NCBI GenBank assembly: GCA_037447605.1
Contig: CM074807.1
Location: forward strand, 3,608,829-3,672,828
Source of the DNA: Zygnema circumcarinatum SAG 698-1b
Lineage: Eukaryota > Plantae > Zygnematophyceae
Length of the DNA stretch: 64,000 nt
Direction: 5' to 3'
Numbering within the stretch: position 1 is the stretch's first letter; each line of letters starts with the position of its first letter. This document shows, piece after piece, positions 27,883 to 42,807 of this stretch. A model generated the notes under the pieces. The model was not told the DNA's origin. It saw nothing but the letters and a program-made list of their open reading frames with translations, and made no database searches. A program made the translations under genes and the position numbers.

Positions 27883-30800
27883 ATGTTGGCAGCCATGAAG
27901 AGCCCCTGGAAGAGCTTCAAGAAGGCTTTTGGCGGCGCCTCTGAGAGCCCTTACGACGCCCTCCTCTCCCTCCCCCCGCGGCCCCGCGCTGCGGACCTCC
28001 CCTCTGCTGCAGACCCGCCGGGAGATTCTCTCTCTGAGGGGGATGCCCTGCAGGCCTTGGGGGAAAGCTTCGGTGAATCGGAGAGTCCCGGAAACTCGGG
28101 GCTGTTAACATCGACGCAAGGACCGCGAGTGGGTCTCCTCTCTCTCGCTCTCTCCTTCTCTCCCGCTCCCGCTCTCTTTCTGTCTCTCAGTCCCTCACTA
28201 TCTCTCTCTCCCTCCCACTCTCTCTCTTTCTCTCCCTCACTACACACAAACACACACGCACTTTTTTGCCACCTATAGTTACTTTTGTGACGCTAATTCG
28301 CCTATGTTTCGTCTCACTCCTTGCTCTCCGTCATTCCCTCGCTTTCGGGTTTCTCTCGGCTCTCCCCATTTCCCCTCTCCCTCTCCCGTTCTCTAGACAT
28401 CCCTGCTCTCCCGACTCTTCCTCTGTGTTCTTCGCTGTTGAACTATTGAGAGGCTAATTGTATGAACAAAACACGTTACGAACATAGAGCATGAAAACTT
28501 CGAGCTCGAACAAACTTAGCTCATAACTGCAACCACATTGCATGAATCCAAGCATTCCAGCATCTTTGATGCTCTATCATTGCGCATGCTTGTATGATGG
28601 TACCTTCTCACACAAAACGTTTAACCTAATTCAATGCCTCAAGCCCAAGGTTAGATTTAAGCTTCTATTGCATGTTATTGTGGTTGTATGTGGTGTTATC
28701 TCTTGCATTTCTCCTCCCTAACTTTCGTCCTCGCCTTGCCTTGTTCCATCATCGCTTTCACCCTCCGTTTTCCTTTGTCATTCTCTTTTTTTGTCTCACT
28801 TTCGCCCTCCCTCCCTCGCTCCCTCCTATCGGTTTCCTCCCTCTGCCTCTCCCGCTCCCGCAACGCTCCCACCCCGATCCCTCCCCTCTTCCCCCNNNNN
28901 NNNNNCCCCCCCCCCCCCCCCCCCCCCCCACCCGCTAACTTTCTCCCTCCCACTCCTTTGGCAGAATGTATGTGCCATCTGTCTAGAACGCCACAAAGTC
29001 GGCCTCGGGCAGGCGCTCTTCACGGCAGAATGCGGCCATGTGTTCCACTTCAACTGCATCACTGCCAACGTCAGACACGGCCACGTGGCATGCCCCCTCT
29101 GCCGCGCACGATGGAAAGAGGTTCCATGGATGGCCCCCCAGACACGCCAGTACTCCGTGCTTTCAGGCCCACAGAACACCCCCTCCGCCCACCACTCCTC
29201 CCGTCTCCCACCTTACCTTCCAACTACTTACAACTACGCCATGGACTCTTCTCCCGCCCCTCAAGTTATTCGCTCAAGGAACGCCATGGCCATAGCCGTA
29301 GGAGATGGTAACTCGAAAGAGGCTTCCGAAATTCTGCGACTCAATGCAGTGCGCGCAGCGCATCAGGTTCAAAGAAGCAGTCTCGATTCTGACGCGGGCG
29401 GATCGTCGCAGCTGATTTTGTCGACTAATATTGTTTCAGTTTCGGGCTCAAGAGCGTGCGACCAGGGACCTTTACAAACTTCCGTTTTGTATCCAAGTTT
29501 GCAGACTCCTCTCCGGCCTCTTCTCGATCAGACCGTTGTCGATGGGCACTTTGCGACGGGACATTTGCATTCCCCAGTTCGAGTGGAACCAGCTGTATAC
29601 GATGACGATGATAAAGTGGACATTTTAGACTCTGACGAATCGTTAGATAAGTTTGAAGGTCCTCCACTAACGCTCTCATTATGCTCAGAGGTTACCGCCA
29701 TACCTTTTGAAGAGGTTCGAGAATGCTTTACCGTGCTCCTGACAGTGAAGGCCCCTCCTTCATCAAAGGCTGTTGGAAACACTGACGATCAAAAGAAGGC
29801 AGTGGTTGGGGGACTTGGTGACTTGTCTGGAGTGATGGGAAGCTTGGAATCTCCCATGAGAAGCCCTTCTTCCCGGATGGATGTAGATCCACCATTCGGC
29901 CGCATTCCCGAGGATCACGTTCCACTCGATCTTGTTGCCATTCTCGACCTCAGTGGGAGCATGATGGGAAGAAAAATCTCCCTCCTTCAGGACGGTTTGA
30001 GGTTCATTGCTCGAGCCTTGGGCCCAAAAGACCGGCTATCTCTCGTAGCCTTCTCAAGCAAAGCGTGGCGGGTGATGGGTCTTAAGCGGATGTCTGTTGA
30101 AGGCCGTGAAGTAGCCATGGAAGCTATTGAGAGCTTAGTCCCTAAGGGAGGCACAAACATCGCCGATGGGCTACTGAAGGGCGTGCAAGTTTTGGAGGAG
30201 CGGTCGACAAAGAACCCAGTCTCAGCAATCATGCTTCTCTCGGACGGGCAAGATACGACAACTATCAGTTCGTACGGTTTCTCCAACAAGTGGGTCTAGA
30301 TCACTCGCTAATTGTTCGATTCAAGTTTTTCAATTTTATGATTGCTTTGACAATGTCTCCAGGTGTGTACGTTGTGGTCAAGCTAGTGGTTGATTTGTTG
30401 TTTAAAAGAAAAACTATCAGAAAGAAGTAACGGCATGGGTGCTGTTTTGATGGAACAGGAAAGGCACTTCCAACCGCGCTCAGTACCGGCGACTGCTTCC
30501 GAATCGAGCGCAAAACACCAAAAGCACGGCTCGTACAGTGCCGGTTCACACTTTCGGATTTGGAGCAGATCACGACCCAGCTGCTCTACACACCATAGCG
30601 GAGGAGACAGGTGGCATGTTCTCATTTGTCGAAGCTGAAGAGACTGTCCAGGTGAGTCTCATGTGGATACTGGAGACTATCGGCGTTTGTAAGTTTTGCA
30701 GTCTGCGGCTGTATGATCTGACTCGTCTGTGTAGAACTCAGATCGATTCGATTGCCCCCATAGGCAGGCTACTTTGCGCTACAAGATAATACATGTTCCC

Positions 30801-33255
30801 TTCCCCCATTCTCCGTTTTCTCCCTCTCATTTTCACCCTCCCTCCCATGCTTTTCTCTCATTTCCCCCCCTTATTCACATTTCCTATCCTGACTCCCTCG
30901 CCCATTTCCGCTTCTATCCTAGCTTTCGCAGTGCATCGCGTTCCATTCCCTCGCTCCAGCCTGTGGCCTAACTGAAGGCTTAAAAGCTACCTTTGTGTGC
31001 AGGATGCTTTCGCTCAATGCCTAGGCGGTTTGCTGAGTGTGGTCGTGCAAGACGCCAAGGTTTCCTTCGTAGTGGGCGACCATGGCGTGAAGATCGCGCA
31101 GGTCCACTCGGGCAGCTACGAGCACCACTTGGGTCCTGAAGGTAATGAGGGAGCAGTGCGCCTCGGAGATCTCTATGCCGACGAGGAGAGGAACATTCTT
31201 CTGGAAGTCTGGCTGCCTTCCTTAGAAGTCAGTTCCTCCCACCATTGCAACATTCGCCCAAACTCACCTTCCCGCTCACCCTCCCCTTCTCCCCTCCCTT
31301 TTTCTTCTTTCTTCCCCGCCCCACCCCCTTTCCAAGCTTCTCCTGCCCTTTTTTTATCCTCCCTCCTCCCCCCTATTCCCTCGTCCCTCCTCCCTCCTAT
31401 TCCCTTGTCCCTCCTCTTTGCTTCCCCTTCACATCTCCTCTTCTCTCCTTGCTCTTTCACTCTCTTCTTCCCCCCTATTCCCCTCACCCCATCCCTCCTC
31501 CCTCCCNNNNNNNNNNTCCCTCCCTCCTCCCACTCTCTCCCTCCCTCCCTTCCACTCCTCTCCTCCCCTCTCCTTTCCCCTCCCGCCTCACACGTGCGGT
31601 ACGGGCTGGACAGAGCGCGGAGGAGTTGCCGGCGGCAGGCAGCAAGGTGCTGCGCGCGCGGTGCTCGTACTTCGCGCGGCCACTCTTCCGCCGCGTGGCG
31701 CGCACGCCCACGGCCGACCTCCTCGTGGCGCGGCCCTCCGCCTCCGCCTCCGCCACCGCCGCCGACTCCGACCCGCGCGCCCTCCACGTCGACCGCCAGC
31801 GCAACCGCCTCCGCGCCGCCATCTCCATCACCAAGGTGCGGGCGGGCCCTCCACGCAACGCCGATGCCGTTTCCATGTGCATCAAAACACCGAACTGTGT
31901 GAAGAAGGCTAATCACGTGTCAATTTTTGTACGGATTGCTCGCATGGAAGAACTTGCATGTCGTTCCGTTCCCGTAACTGTTGCGTGTGCAAGCCGCAAC
32001 GGAGGGAGCTGTCTCCCTGAGTTTGGACCGGCGGGTTTTGGCGCGCTTTGCAGGCGAGCGAGCAGGCGGCGCGCGGCGATCTTGCGGGGGCGAAGCGGAC
32101 GCTGCAGGCGGCGCGCGCCGCCGTGGAGGCCTCACCGTCCGCCGCGAGGGGGGACGACCTCGCGGCGGCGCTGGCCGCTGAGCTCGCGGAGATCGAGGCG
32201 CGCATGGCGAACCAGCAGGTGCGGGGGAGCCTCGGCGGGAGGACATGGAGATAGAAGCCTGAAGCTGCGGACAGTGCTTGAATTCTGGAAGTGTGTTGCT
32301 TGCAATGGACTGCGCGATTTTGGTGGCATGTGCATGGAATAGCTTGCATTTGTTGTGAGAGATGGTGTTTCTTTTAAGTTCTGGTCGATGTTTGGGGAAG
32401 GAAGGCATGCAATTCACCTTTTTCTTATAATTTTTGAATGGTGACCGTTGTTTCAAGGGAATAATCAGTGCCGCCGAAACAGCAGGGATATGCCTGCTGA
32501 CATGGGCATTTTGCGTTGATCCTTTGCAGCTGTACGAGAAGGCCGGTCGCGCATTCCTTCTGTCGTCTCAGAGCTGCCACCTTCGGCAGCGCGCCACCGC
32601 TCGAGGAGGAGACCTGGATACGTTTAGCAGAGGCTATCAGGTGTGTTCAACAGTCAACAAAGTCGAAGATCGCTCGCTCCCTCCCCCCTTGCCAGCCTCC
32701 ATTTCCCTCCTTTCCTCTCGCTTATAGAGGATTTTATGATTGTTCTATATGCAGACACCTTCGATGGTGGACATGCTCTCTCTTTCTCGGGCCAGCGGCA
32801 TTGGAGGCGCGGCCCTTCCCGTCCGGCCGCGTCCTTTTGTCGCAAAGGAAGTCCTCTCTGTATTTGGCGGACTCGGATCTCCTACGGACTCTCGGCCTCC
32901 CGCAGCCACTCCCGCCCCTTCCCCTGCCCATCCGAGGGAAATGGCAGAGGGAGAGACAAGACCCACCGTACCTGCCCAAGCCCTTGCCCTTGGCGAATCA
33001 AGTGCTGCAAGAAGGTTTGGGCTTCTTGGAGGGGCTCCCATGAGCCTTCGAGGACCTCGCCCTTCCCCCCTCGCGCTTAATCGCGAAGGCTCAATCTCGC
33101 AATTGGCGGGCTGCAAGTCTCCGGCGAGGTCCCAACTTACAAATCCCGATGCTAAAAGGAAATCCCCGGGATCGAGGCTTGTGAGTGAAGGGGCATTGTC
33201 TGAGGCTCCCGCAGCAATGGAGGGCTTAGAGGACAGTAAGCGTCAACCAGAATGA
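27883..33255 (+). CDS. RING-H2 zinc finger + von Willebrand factor A domain protein (plant RING-vWA E3-ligase-like family)
   Basis: CAICLE..FTAECGHVFHFNCI..CPLCRARW; vWA LDLVAILDLSGSM (MIDAS DxSxS), GGTNIADGL, IMLLSDGQD, VHTFGFGADHD, DAFAQCLGGLLSVVVQD, DLYADEERNILL; C-terminal HLRQRATARG and YQTPSMVDM. Multi-exon; two N gaps lie in introns. Confidence 0.92.
28896..28905. other. Assembly gap (10 N) in a poly-C tract
   Basis: N run visible. Confidence 0.99.
31507..31516. other. Assembly gap (10 N) in a C/T-rich intron
   Basis: N run visible. Confidence 0.99.
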
Positions 33256-34500
33256 GTGTAATGGTGGTAATGTGATGGGTCTGACGGCTTTTGGCATTTT
33301 GGGCTTGCGATTGGTCCCCTCCTTTCGCCAGATTGGCAATGGATTAGAGGCGTGCTTTTGCGCCTTTGTCAAGCTTTTCGGTCGTCCTACTGTTTTCTTA
33401 TTATAAGTGACCACTTCTAAAAGTGCTTACCCAATGAGATGCATTCGCGCAGCCATAGGTCCGGACGAGTATGGGAGTAGCGCTAGCCTTCCAAAGATAG
33501 TATATGTTGCAAGTTTTGGTTGAGAGGTGAAGATATAGTAGAGCTTCACGGCACTACCTGTCAAGGCAAATCATGCCGGGTTGTACGGCTATTGTATAAA
33601 AGTGCTTATCGGTTCAGAGTTACAGTTTCGTGCAGACTTGTTTTTTTCAAGGACAAACTACTGTTCGCCCTTCATTTAGGTTCTAAACAGAGGAAATAGG
33701 GTTACAAGTTGGAAGTAGTTCTTCAGTTTGCAGTTCTAGAATAGTAAAGACCAGCAGTACTCATGACTGCTTCCATAATGTCCAAGACGTGCCTTACAGT
33801 TGGCATTGGCCTTTGTCAAATGTACATTTTCTACGCTATGTTTTCCGTTTGATACTTTCATTCTACATGGAACAGCGTGAGCATAGTCCTTATGTCTAAA
33901 CAGTTGAAAATCTGAAGCAATTGAACAAGGGTCGAAATGGGTGTGGCGAGACAAAACAGAAAATGATGACTATGGTTGGTTGAATTCATGGCACAAATGA
34001 CCATAAGCTCACGAACTGAATTCGAATATGAACTCAAGAGTCAACGCCTAATATGTACCATTTAGACTCACTTTGCAATGACCTCATGCGTCGGACTCTA
34101 CGCCTTTGTCCAATACCACAATCCTAAACTATCTGAAATATGGTATTGTGGAATGAAAATGGCGGTGTGTGGATATACATTTCATTCCAATGTTATCTTT
34201 GAGGAAGCTTCAAGGACGTGGAGGAAAGTGTAACAGGACATGTCTAGGATAGTGAATAAGAATCTCTTCGAGGAAACTTACACTAAGAGTAATAAGGAAT
34301 TGACGATCCCTCTCACTATCACACACGGCATGATTTGCCTTCTCAAATAAAGAAGGGGGCTCACAATGCGAAGCTGTAAAACTCGTCAACAGAGCCTGGA
34401 TTGGGCCCGCTCAGCTCAGACATATTATCTGCTCCCAAAGCACCCCCTTCAAGATTCGTAGCAGACGGATCGAAAAGTTTAAAGTGCGGGTGGACTGCTC

Positions 34501-37500
34501 TCAGGGGAGGAGGTCATTTGCCAATGAAAGCTCGTATTGCATAGCTTGCAGGCGCTGAGTAGCAGCCTGCCCAGAAGAGAGACAGTCACAGACAAGTTTG
34601 TGAGCCGCATGTCTGATCACTGTCCAAACAAGAGGTAAAGGAGATCTTAAAGAAAAAAAAAAGAGGGGGTTCAGTCACTTATTGAGCACCAGTGAAAGAA
34701 AGAAAAGCCGTCTCGTCAGCAAAACTCCCCTATATATTGCTTTACTCTGGCTGAAACAACCAGATACCACAAGATTCTTTAACGAAGGCGCAGTTTACTT
34801 GTCCAATTCAATAAAAGTAGCCATACCTGCAATTTGCTTCGCATTAACTCCTCCGCCGCTAACTTCTTTTGGCCTTCTTCTCGCTCTTTTTGGATGATAT
34901 GCACCAAACCCGCCATCTGCCATGAAGCCCCTCATTGATTATCAGAATCTGCCACCTTCGTATGATCAATCCACTCGCAACAAAAGACAGCAGCTACATT
35001 GGTTTTGAAGTTGGGCTTTACTGCCTGCATTGCTTCTGTATTGCTGCAGAAGCTCCTGACCCATCCCGCCTATACCGACCCCAAAATCCCTCTTCCACTG
35101 AAATAAAATACTCCAGTTAATGCTCACCCTTTCGTGTGCCTGCTTTAGCCTTGCCTCTGCTGCTTCTTTCTCCCGTGCAGCACTCGCAGCACTGTTCTCC
35201 AACTCAACACATCTGTCTCGCTCCAAAACCGAAAGCAACATAGGGGTTCAACTCTTGCCGCCAATAAGAGCTAAAAGTAGTCACTGCAAATCCCCTTGAA
35301 AGCCCTAATTAGAGAATTGCTAGTCATCGGCTCTTACCTTTCCTTCAAGTACTTGTTTTCTTCCTTCAAGGTCGCCAGCCAATCGGAATCAACAAGCTCG
35401 TGCAGTCTTTGCTCTCTCTGGCCACCGGAAGGCATCACCACTGCTGCATCATGTTGCCACTCTGCTTTTATCGAAGCTGCAACCATGGAGCCTCTTTCTT
35501 TTCCCGAAGGACTGTCTATCTTATCCTGCTCAACCCACCCAACTCAACAACATATGTCAGGAAAAGCAGTGGACAATGAATCAAAAGTGACAAGCAAGTA
35601 GAGGTAGTAGCAGCAGGCCAACCCCGGAGGCTACTGCATGGCCACTACTCCGACAGACAAACAATTCCTCAGATGGAGCATAGATGTTGATGCTTACCTG
35701 GTTGTTCTCTGAAGCGGGTTCGTTAAACGCACTAAAGATTTGCAACCTGCGCGGTATTGGACTTGCAGAAGGCTTATATGCCGGATCATCTGAAACCCTC
35801 CTAGTGTGTGCATGAGCCCTGCTTTCAGTCCCACTTCTCCCACCCAGTGGAAGTGCCTGTACGGTCTCCATTCTTGGATGCTCTCTGCCACTTGTCGCAC
35901 TCCCGTCGGGCAGTTGCATTTCGACTGAATCTACGAAGCATGGAAACAAAGGAATAGAAAGAAATACCGCAGCTTAGGACAAAACATCCACATGCATCTG
36001 CTTACACTCAACTGGCCACATCCTGTTCAAGATGATGGCTGACAAGCAGTCATGGACTCTATCATAAATGCAGGCAATGGATTCTCAACGATACTATCAT
36101 AAATACAGGCAATGGATTCTCAAAGATAAGGGTGTGAATGCAGAGCATGAGAGGTGGTATTGTGGCACCATTTCTGACTCCTGCACGATCTGCACTTGGG
36201 GTAGCAGCTGCTCCAAATGAGGGAGACACTGTAGGGGCTCCGGAGATAGGTGAAAGGGACGGCCTTTCAGGTATTCGAGGGACATAACCCACTTTAGTTG
36301 CGTGCTGATTCCTGCAATTCTTCCTCCAACCCCACTCTCCGGAACTGTTCAGAACTGTACCTTGCAGAGAACTCGCCTTATTCCGGTTGTTGCATGTTAT
36401 AATCCATCAGAGTACAAGGCGTCACATGGCAGTAGGTCAGGGGTATTGGGAAGTGCATGCCTCTAAATAGTTCCATCCACAAAAATATGGAAATATGGAA
36501 AAATATGGAAAATAGGAGATAGAATACAGTGAAGTTGAACCTCCACGTAAGCAACAGAGGATGCCGATATGGCTCATGTTATTTTCTAATGAATGAATGA
36601 ATGAATGAATGAAGTAGATTGTTAGTTCTCTGGAAGCGACTTAACGAACATCTGGAGGATCTCGGATGAGAATATTTCATAGCGCCCCGCGGCTTCGCTG
36701 ACCCTTCTCAAAAGCTCTGAGGAATGAATAACTTTTCATTTTTTCAATTGGTGAAGGTGCACGCATCCGTATCTACAGGAGTGGAGCAGCAGTGATTGGT
36801 CCTTACTGCTGGGACAACTTATCAAGCGGGGCAGCATTGCAATTTTTTTCACCCTCGCTATTGGAGTCAGGAGGGATGAAAATTCCGCCCCCTGTATATC
36901 CAACTCGATAGGCATTCATTTTCCTGCTCGTCCCCGCACCTCAACGCATGAGTGCATCGTCAAGGAATCATGCTTCCTATTTCCGTGATATTGCGGGATA
37001 TAGGATGAATTAAGGTGAGACTCAAACTGATGAATGAGACAAGCAAGGAGGAGACCCCCTGTTGAGAAGGTCTACGGGCCTCCTTCATGCAAAGCACTGC
37101 ATCCGACAAAGCAAAGCGGCTGCAGTGCTTGAAAGGGAGGAAAATGATTTGGAGGGCCAAAATCTCAGCCTCTCCATTCAACTTCTTCTTTCCTTTTCCC
37201 CAACTGCTTCACACACTATCTGCTTCAGGGTTATCATGAAACCCCAAAACTGTAATTCTAGAATGTAAAAGTCCGACCCACCAGTAGCTCTTCTGCATGC
37301 GCAGAAGCCGCTCCTCCAGCCGACGAAGCACCTCCGTTTTCTCAAAGCCCTGCTTGTCATGGGCCGGTTCTACAAAGTTGGCTTCCAATACGCCTGGCCA
37401 GACCCAATACTACCACAGTCACTCTCTCTCGTCATCTCCCGTTATAGTTTTCAATGCCCTATCTCCCCCTCTCTCCTTGCATTCTGACGTGTAGGAGCCT

Positions 37501-40500
37501 CAGTATGGATCAAACATGCCAGCTAACTGGAAGGTTATCTCTGAATCATTCATAATCTTTGTCATATGACAAAGACCTTCACCCCTTGTGTAGACCGCGT
37601 TTTTTCCTGCCATAGGGGCAGGCACCCATAAGCACGTTACCCTCCCCGGCCTTACCTACAATGCCTCGTCCCTGACTTCCAGCCGCATTCCAAATCCTCC
37701 AAAAGGGCTGTTTTCCCTCCCCTCCGCCCCCAAAAAGCAGGTTTTAATAACCACAAGGGGCTGCCACTCACCCACTACGCCTCGTCCCTGACTGCTGGCT
37801 GCATTCCAGATCTTCCAAAATGGCTGCTCAACCGGATCCCCAATCACCCCAAAGTCAGGTTGGGAAGAGGGAGCAAAAGTAAGAGTTTCAGCAGCGAGAG
37901 TGAGAGTGAGAGTGAGAGTGAGAGTAAGAAAAGAAGATTTCTGGCAAATCCTCGTGATGGGGATACATACTTCATGGTAAATGTATGGCCTAAAGACAGA
38001 TAGGTCAACAGGCACTTGCTATGCGGTCATACATATTCTTACCCTGATCAATCGATTTTTATGGTACACACAGAAGCCCTGCACATCGATATGCTCTCTC
38101 GCGTCCTTCACAAATCCGATAGTGACACTTGCCATCATCTGAGAGCACAGACCGAAAAGGAGTGGGGACAGGACATGGGTGAGGGAGGGAGAAAGAACAT
38201 CAATCCTTTCCTTCTCTCCAAAAATTGTAGTACCCTGATTTTTTATAGTTTAACATAAACAATGTATTCCATAAACCATCATCAGTTCGAATCTCGAAGT
38301 TCGGCAAGCCCAGAAAATGAAGAAGATCAAGCAAGCCATGGCTCTCAATCGTACTCCGGAAGTGTCTTCTCCCTTGGGTTTGTATACGACTTCTTCTGCA
38401 TACATTAAATCCTCCACAAGGTTGTGCTGCGGGACCTCCTTTCCTCGCAAGTATATCCCAAAGGGCTCCTGACCCTCCCTATGAGGCCTCCGTAGATACA
38501 GAATAGAGGCATAGCTCTGCAGAGAAATCGCTCTCCCCCCTCATTCAAGTCAATCAGAGACAAGCTGACCTTTGCCCTTTTCAAACGACAAAATGACAGA
38601 GACCAGTTGAAAGGGAAAAGCAAGGATTGTCAATGATTCCGGTTTCCACTCAATCAATTCTGTACCCTGAGAGAGTGGCGATATGTAAGGAAATGTCGGC
38701 TGTTGGGGTATTTCTGAGTCTCTGCCATCTTCGCCAATTTCTCATCCCTCGCACCCCTCACTTGTATGTCCTGCACATCATAAAATACCACCTGCTTCTC
38801 AGTGAATGCACTCACGCAAGTATTACGATGAGAGGGACAGAACAGGAGAGACGTAGGGTGGGGGGGAAGCAGGGCCTGAAGGGGAGGGACGGGCCATAGA
38901 GGGGAGAAGTGACAGGGAAAGGGAGGCTGGAAGAGGGAAGGAGAAAGGGGAGGGGAGGAGAGAGATAGGAACAGCTGGAGGGAGAGGGAGAAAGGAAAAG
39001 CAAAATGGATGAAGAGGGAAGGGGAAGGCAGAGATTGCAGAAGAGAGCCAAGGAGAGCAGGGGGGGAGGGGGGGGGGTGTGGGGGGGTTGCATGAAGAGA
39101 AAGAGTGGGACACAGACAGCGGGGGGGGGCAGGGGCAGGGCAAAGAAGAAGTATGCAGATGAGCAATGCAACGAGAAGGAGCAGGTAGAGGGGAAAGAGT
39201 TAGTTAATATCTAGATGAATTAAACCCCCTCTAGATGAAATACCCCACTCACATATGGATCGGTTTCGAAGTCAAGTTCGAGGGTTCCCTCGTCCGTGAG
39301 CCACATATTGAAGACCAGAACTCGTGTTCCATGCACTCCCATCCCGGAAAACTGAACACAACCACACAGAGATTCCCCAGAGGCTTCACTCCAATGGCTC
39401 AAGCCCTCATGAACCTCTGTAACATTTGACGAAATTCCCCTAGGCATCACGAGTTATACGGGAAATACGGAGTCGGATAAGAAAGCGAATCCCTTTCATT
39501 AATCATAAGTGATTCAAGATTCCCTGCATGCGATGCTCGCCCTTTATTTGATGTGCCACTTTGCAATGGTAAAAGCATGAAGAAACACTTCGATGTAAAA
39601 TCGCGCATTCCATCAAAGTCTGAGGGTGTGGCGGGTTTTAGGTGAATCTGATGAATGCGGAACCAAATTTCCATAACATGCTTAGAATTTCTGCCACATG
39701 CTACTACTGTACCTGCTGAAGCAGTTCTTTCTCCGATGGAAAAGGCGACCACTGACAGATGGTCGCTAAGTTGCTATTCCAATCTTCTTCTGATCCACGT
39801 AGGAGCTTTCGCGTATTCTCGCCTGATTTGTCAACAGCGTAGTCTATCTGGTTCAATACCAACAATCCTTCGATCAATCAGACAACCGACAGCATGTTGG
39901 AGGAGTCAAGGTACTCAATTGTTACTATGCATGAATTCCCATGAATTCAATGCTCGGCCTTCAGTAATTGCATATCAGACCTTTGTATACTGAAGTCACT
40001 GAACTCAAACCCCTGCAATTACTCAATCTGACACAATGCACGTTCCGAACACTTTAAAAAAAGGCGAAAGTGATCCAAGAACAGCAGATGTACCATGGGC
40101 ACAACAATGTCCTCGTGCCCCGTGTCACGTAGAAAGGTGAAGGACAGCAATCCAATACTCTGAGTGGGGCTGCACATGAACAAAAAAAGGTGAGACTTGG
40201 TAAGGTCCTCAAATCATACACATGATGTTTAAAACGATAACGATCGTGCACGTGGAGACGGCATGCATGTATAAAATATATATATACATATATATTATTT
40301 ATATATATATGTATGCGGGTAAATACCAGGATTGATCTTCTAAGGCAGCGCGAGAGAATACAATTACGTCTGCTCCAAGACGCATGGTGCTGGTCTTAAA
40401 CCCGTTCCCATCTGCAGTCAAGACAGCCATGGATGTGGGTTGGTAAAAATCGTTATGGTAGAAACATGCCTGAAGAACCCTTAAGCATTTTGTTCTCATG

Positions 40501-42807
40501 TTGACTTCCAGCTGCCGGTCGTCTCATTCTTTCATACCAAGAAACAGCTATTTGCAGCAAAATTCTTGTTCAGCAGAACAGCAACCAAACAAGAAGGCTG
40601 GGAGAAAAATATTCTAAGAGACGGGCACTCACACTGTCCGATCGTGTTTGCTTTTTTGCTCTTTTCCGAGTAGCCAAGGCTCATGCATGACCGGAGCTTG
40701 TCAGGTGACATGCCTCCACCATTATCTGCAACGATTTCTCCCTTTTAACCAATCAGAAAACCGTCCCCTCTAATTCAAGAAGTGCAAAAAGTCTGCGCAG
40801 CAAGCATCCAAAGCGACCAGATAACAATTTCGACTGACCTTCGACCACCAGCATGGGCTGGGCATCCTTAGGATTCAATAGCATATCCACGTTGCAGTAA
40901 GTTGCCCCGTGAACCACCTGCGTTCAAACATGCATCTCGTCAGCATTAATTCATTTTTCTCTGGCAGAGACTTCGTTCTCATTCTTTCTTCATAAATCCG
41001 AGAAACGCATCATCATGCATCTAGCATGAGGAATTGGTCATTTGCGAGCTCTGGAAAAAGCGCTCACCTCGTCAATGGCGTTATCTAGAAGCTCTGCTAT
41101 CGCTGAACCCCACTCAGTCCCACCCCAATGTTTCAAAGCAAGTCAACAAGCTGTGCTGACTAAAGTACAACAAATCAGGTACTGATGAATGAGGAAGAAT
41201 CCCTGCATGTAAGCCACAGGGCGAAGTTCCCCCATATTGGCTGCCTGCAACATGATTTAGGGGAAGCTAGGCGACTTCCCAAGATTGCATTATCTTAGCA
41301 TCATGAGCAACATACCTCCAAGAGCCCATTTGTGACTGGTGGCATTGGAATGAAGGAACTTTGGATGCACACGTACATGGTCCATGCTCCCTGCTTCTCC
41401 CAGACATTGTTGTAAATACACAGATGGTTCAGGTGCACACAACAGTACCTTAAAGCATAGCAAAAACTTGCCCCAGGCAAGTGAAAGCAGTCGAATTTTT
41501 TTAGTATTAAATGATATGAGGAACTATGAACGACGAGTGTTCAGTCACTGGCTTGGATTGAATTCATTTGGCCACAACGCAGTATTTTTAGAACCAAGCA
41601 ATTTCCCTGCAAAACGAGAACCCAAACCTTTGACAAGAAAAACCATTAAGAATAATGCAAATCAGATGAAGGGTGACCCACCGCGTTGCTGCTTGTGCAC
41701 CTTTGCAGCCACCTCGTAATCTCCCGCATGCCAGAACTGCCGCCTTGATGCTTTCTCATTGAGAGGCCTAAGAACACTCGGTCGTGAGTTACTTGAGCCT
41801 GGTGCCTCACTGCCTTGAACATATTCAGGGATGTTGGTAACGGCTGGACTGCAAACAATGCTTCTTTCAGGAACTTTTGGTTGGGAAGTGTTCGTTGATG
41901 AGTGTGGATGTGAATGCTGCTGGTGAGGCACGTCGCTGGATTTGGGACTACTGAACCTCACCGAGTTAGATGTAGGCGAACTAGTAGAATTTACTTGGCT
42001 CGGGGAAGCTAATCTTCTAATGAAATTATGATTTACAAGAGTGGCAGGCCAATCTTGTAAGGGTTCTGCTTTTATCGGCAAGTTGTTTAATGGCCCCCCC
42101 GACGTTGGATGGTGAGAAGTCTGCTGCTGATGCTCAGCTTCGCTAGAGGCCCGAGGGACTGAAGATGAGTCTGCAGTAGTAGGAGGGCGGCCAGAAGGTT
42201 GCGGCGTCTGTCGAGCATTTAAACCAGGCGAACCTATTCCTCCGATGTACGCATCTGCACTACAGAGGCGTGCTATAACATCCCTGGCTTCAAAATTGTC
42301 TAGCTCTAGCTTCACGTTAATTCCTTTTACAGCGACAGACTCGTCAAGTTTTCTGCGCTTTTGCGCAGGCGACTCGCTAGTTCCTTCAGAAATCCCTTGA
42401 AAACGCTCTACAGGATCATAACTGCCAACATTACAACTGTTTGCGAAACCTCCAAATGTTGTCATCGGTGCAGCTGTCCCTGAAGTAGACAAGGTTGCCG
42501 CCCCCTCAGTCACATGTGCCTGAAATGCTGCTCCAGCCTCTCTATCCGTATTCTGCTTGAAAAGCATCTTGTTAATCATGGCTGGTCCTCCTCCATGGCT
42601 CGCCCTATCCATACGATCATTCTCCTCATCATCGCTGCTGCTAAGCTCAACATATGCCGTAGGCAAAGCGCTGCAACTTGCAAGCAGGGGCTCAACCTTC
42701 ACTTTGGACAAGTCTAAGTGATCATGAACTTCGCCAGGATATACTGCTTGGGTTTGGAAGAAACTAGAATTGTCGTTCCTGATGTCTTCGGTCTTTGTTG
42801 GGCCCAT
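34501..42807 (-). CDS. MORC: MORC (Microrchidia/CRT1-like) GHKL ATPase, many exons
   Basis: Exons in order encode RQFWHAGDY, DHVRVHPKFLHSNATSHKWALG, AIAELLDNAIDE, DNGGGMSPDKLRSCMSLGYS, YGNGFKTSTMRLGADVIVFSR, WSPF, YPNSRHFLTYRHSLR, IDVQGFCVYHKNRLI, PFWKIWNA, GVLEANFVEPAHDKQGFE, and a C-terminal coiled coil ending ..SLANDLLP* at 34501. A few linker exons (36.0-36.9 kb) are not resolved. Confidence 0.96.
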
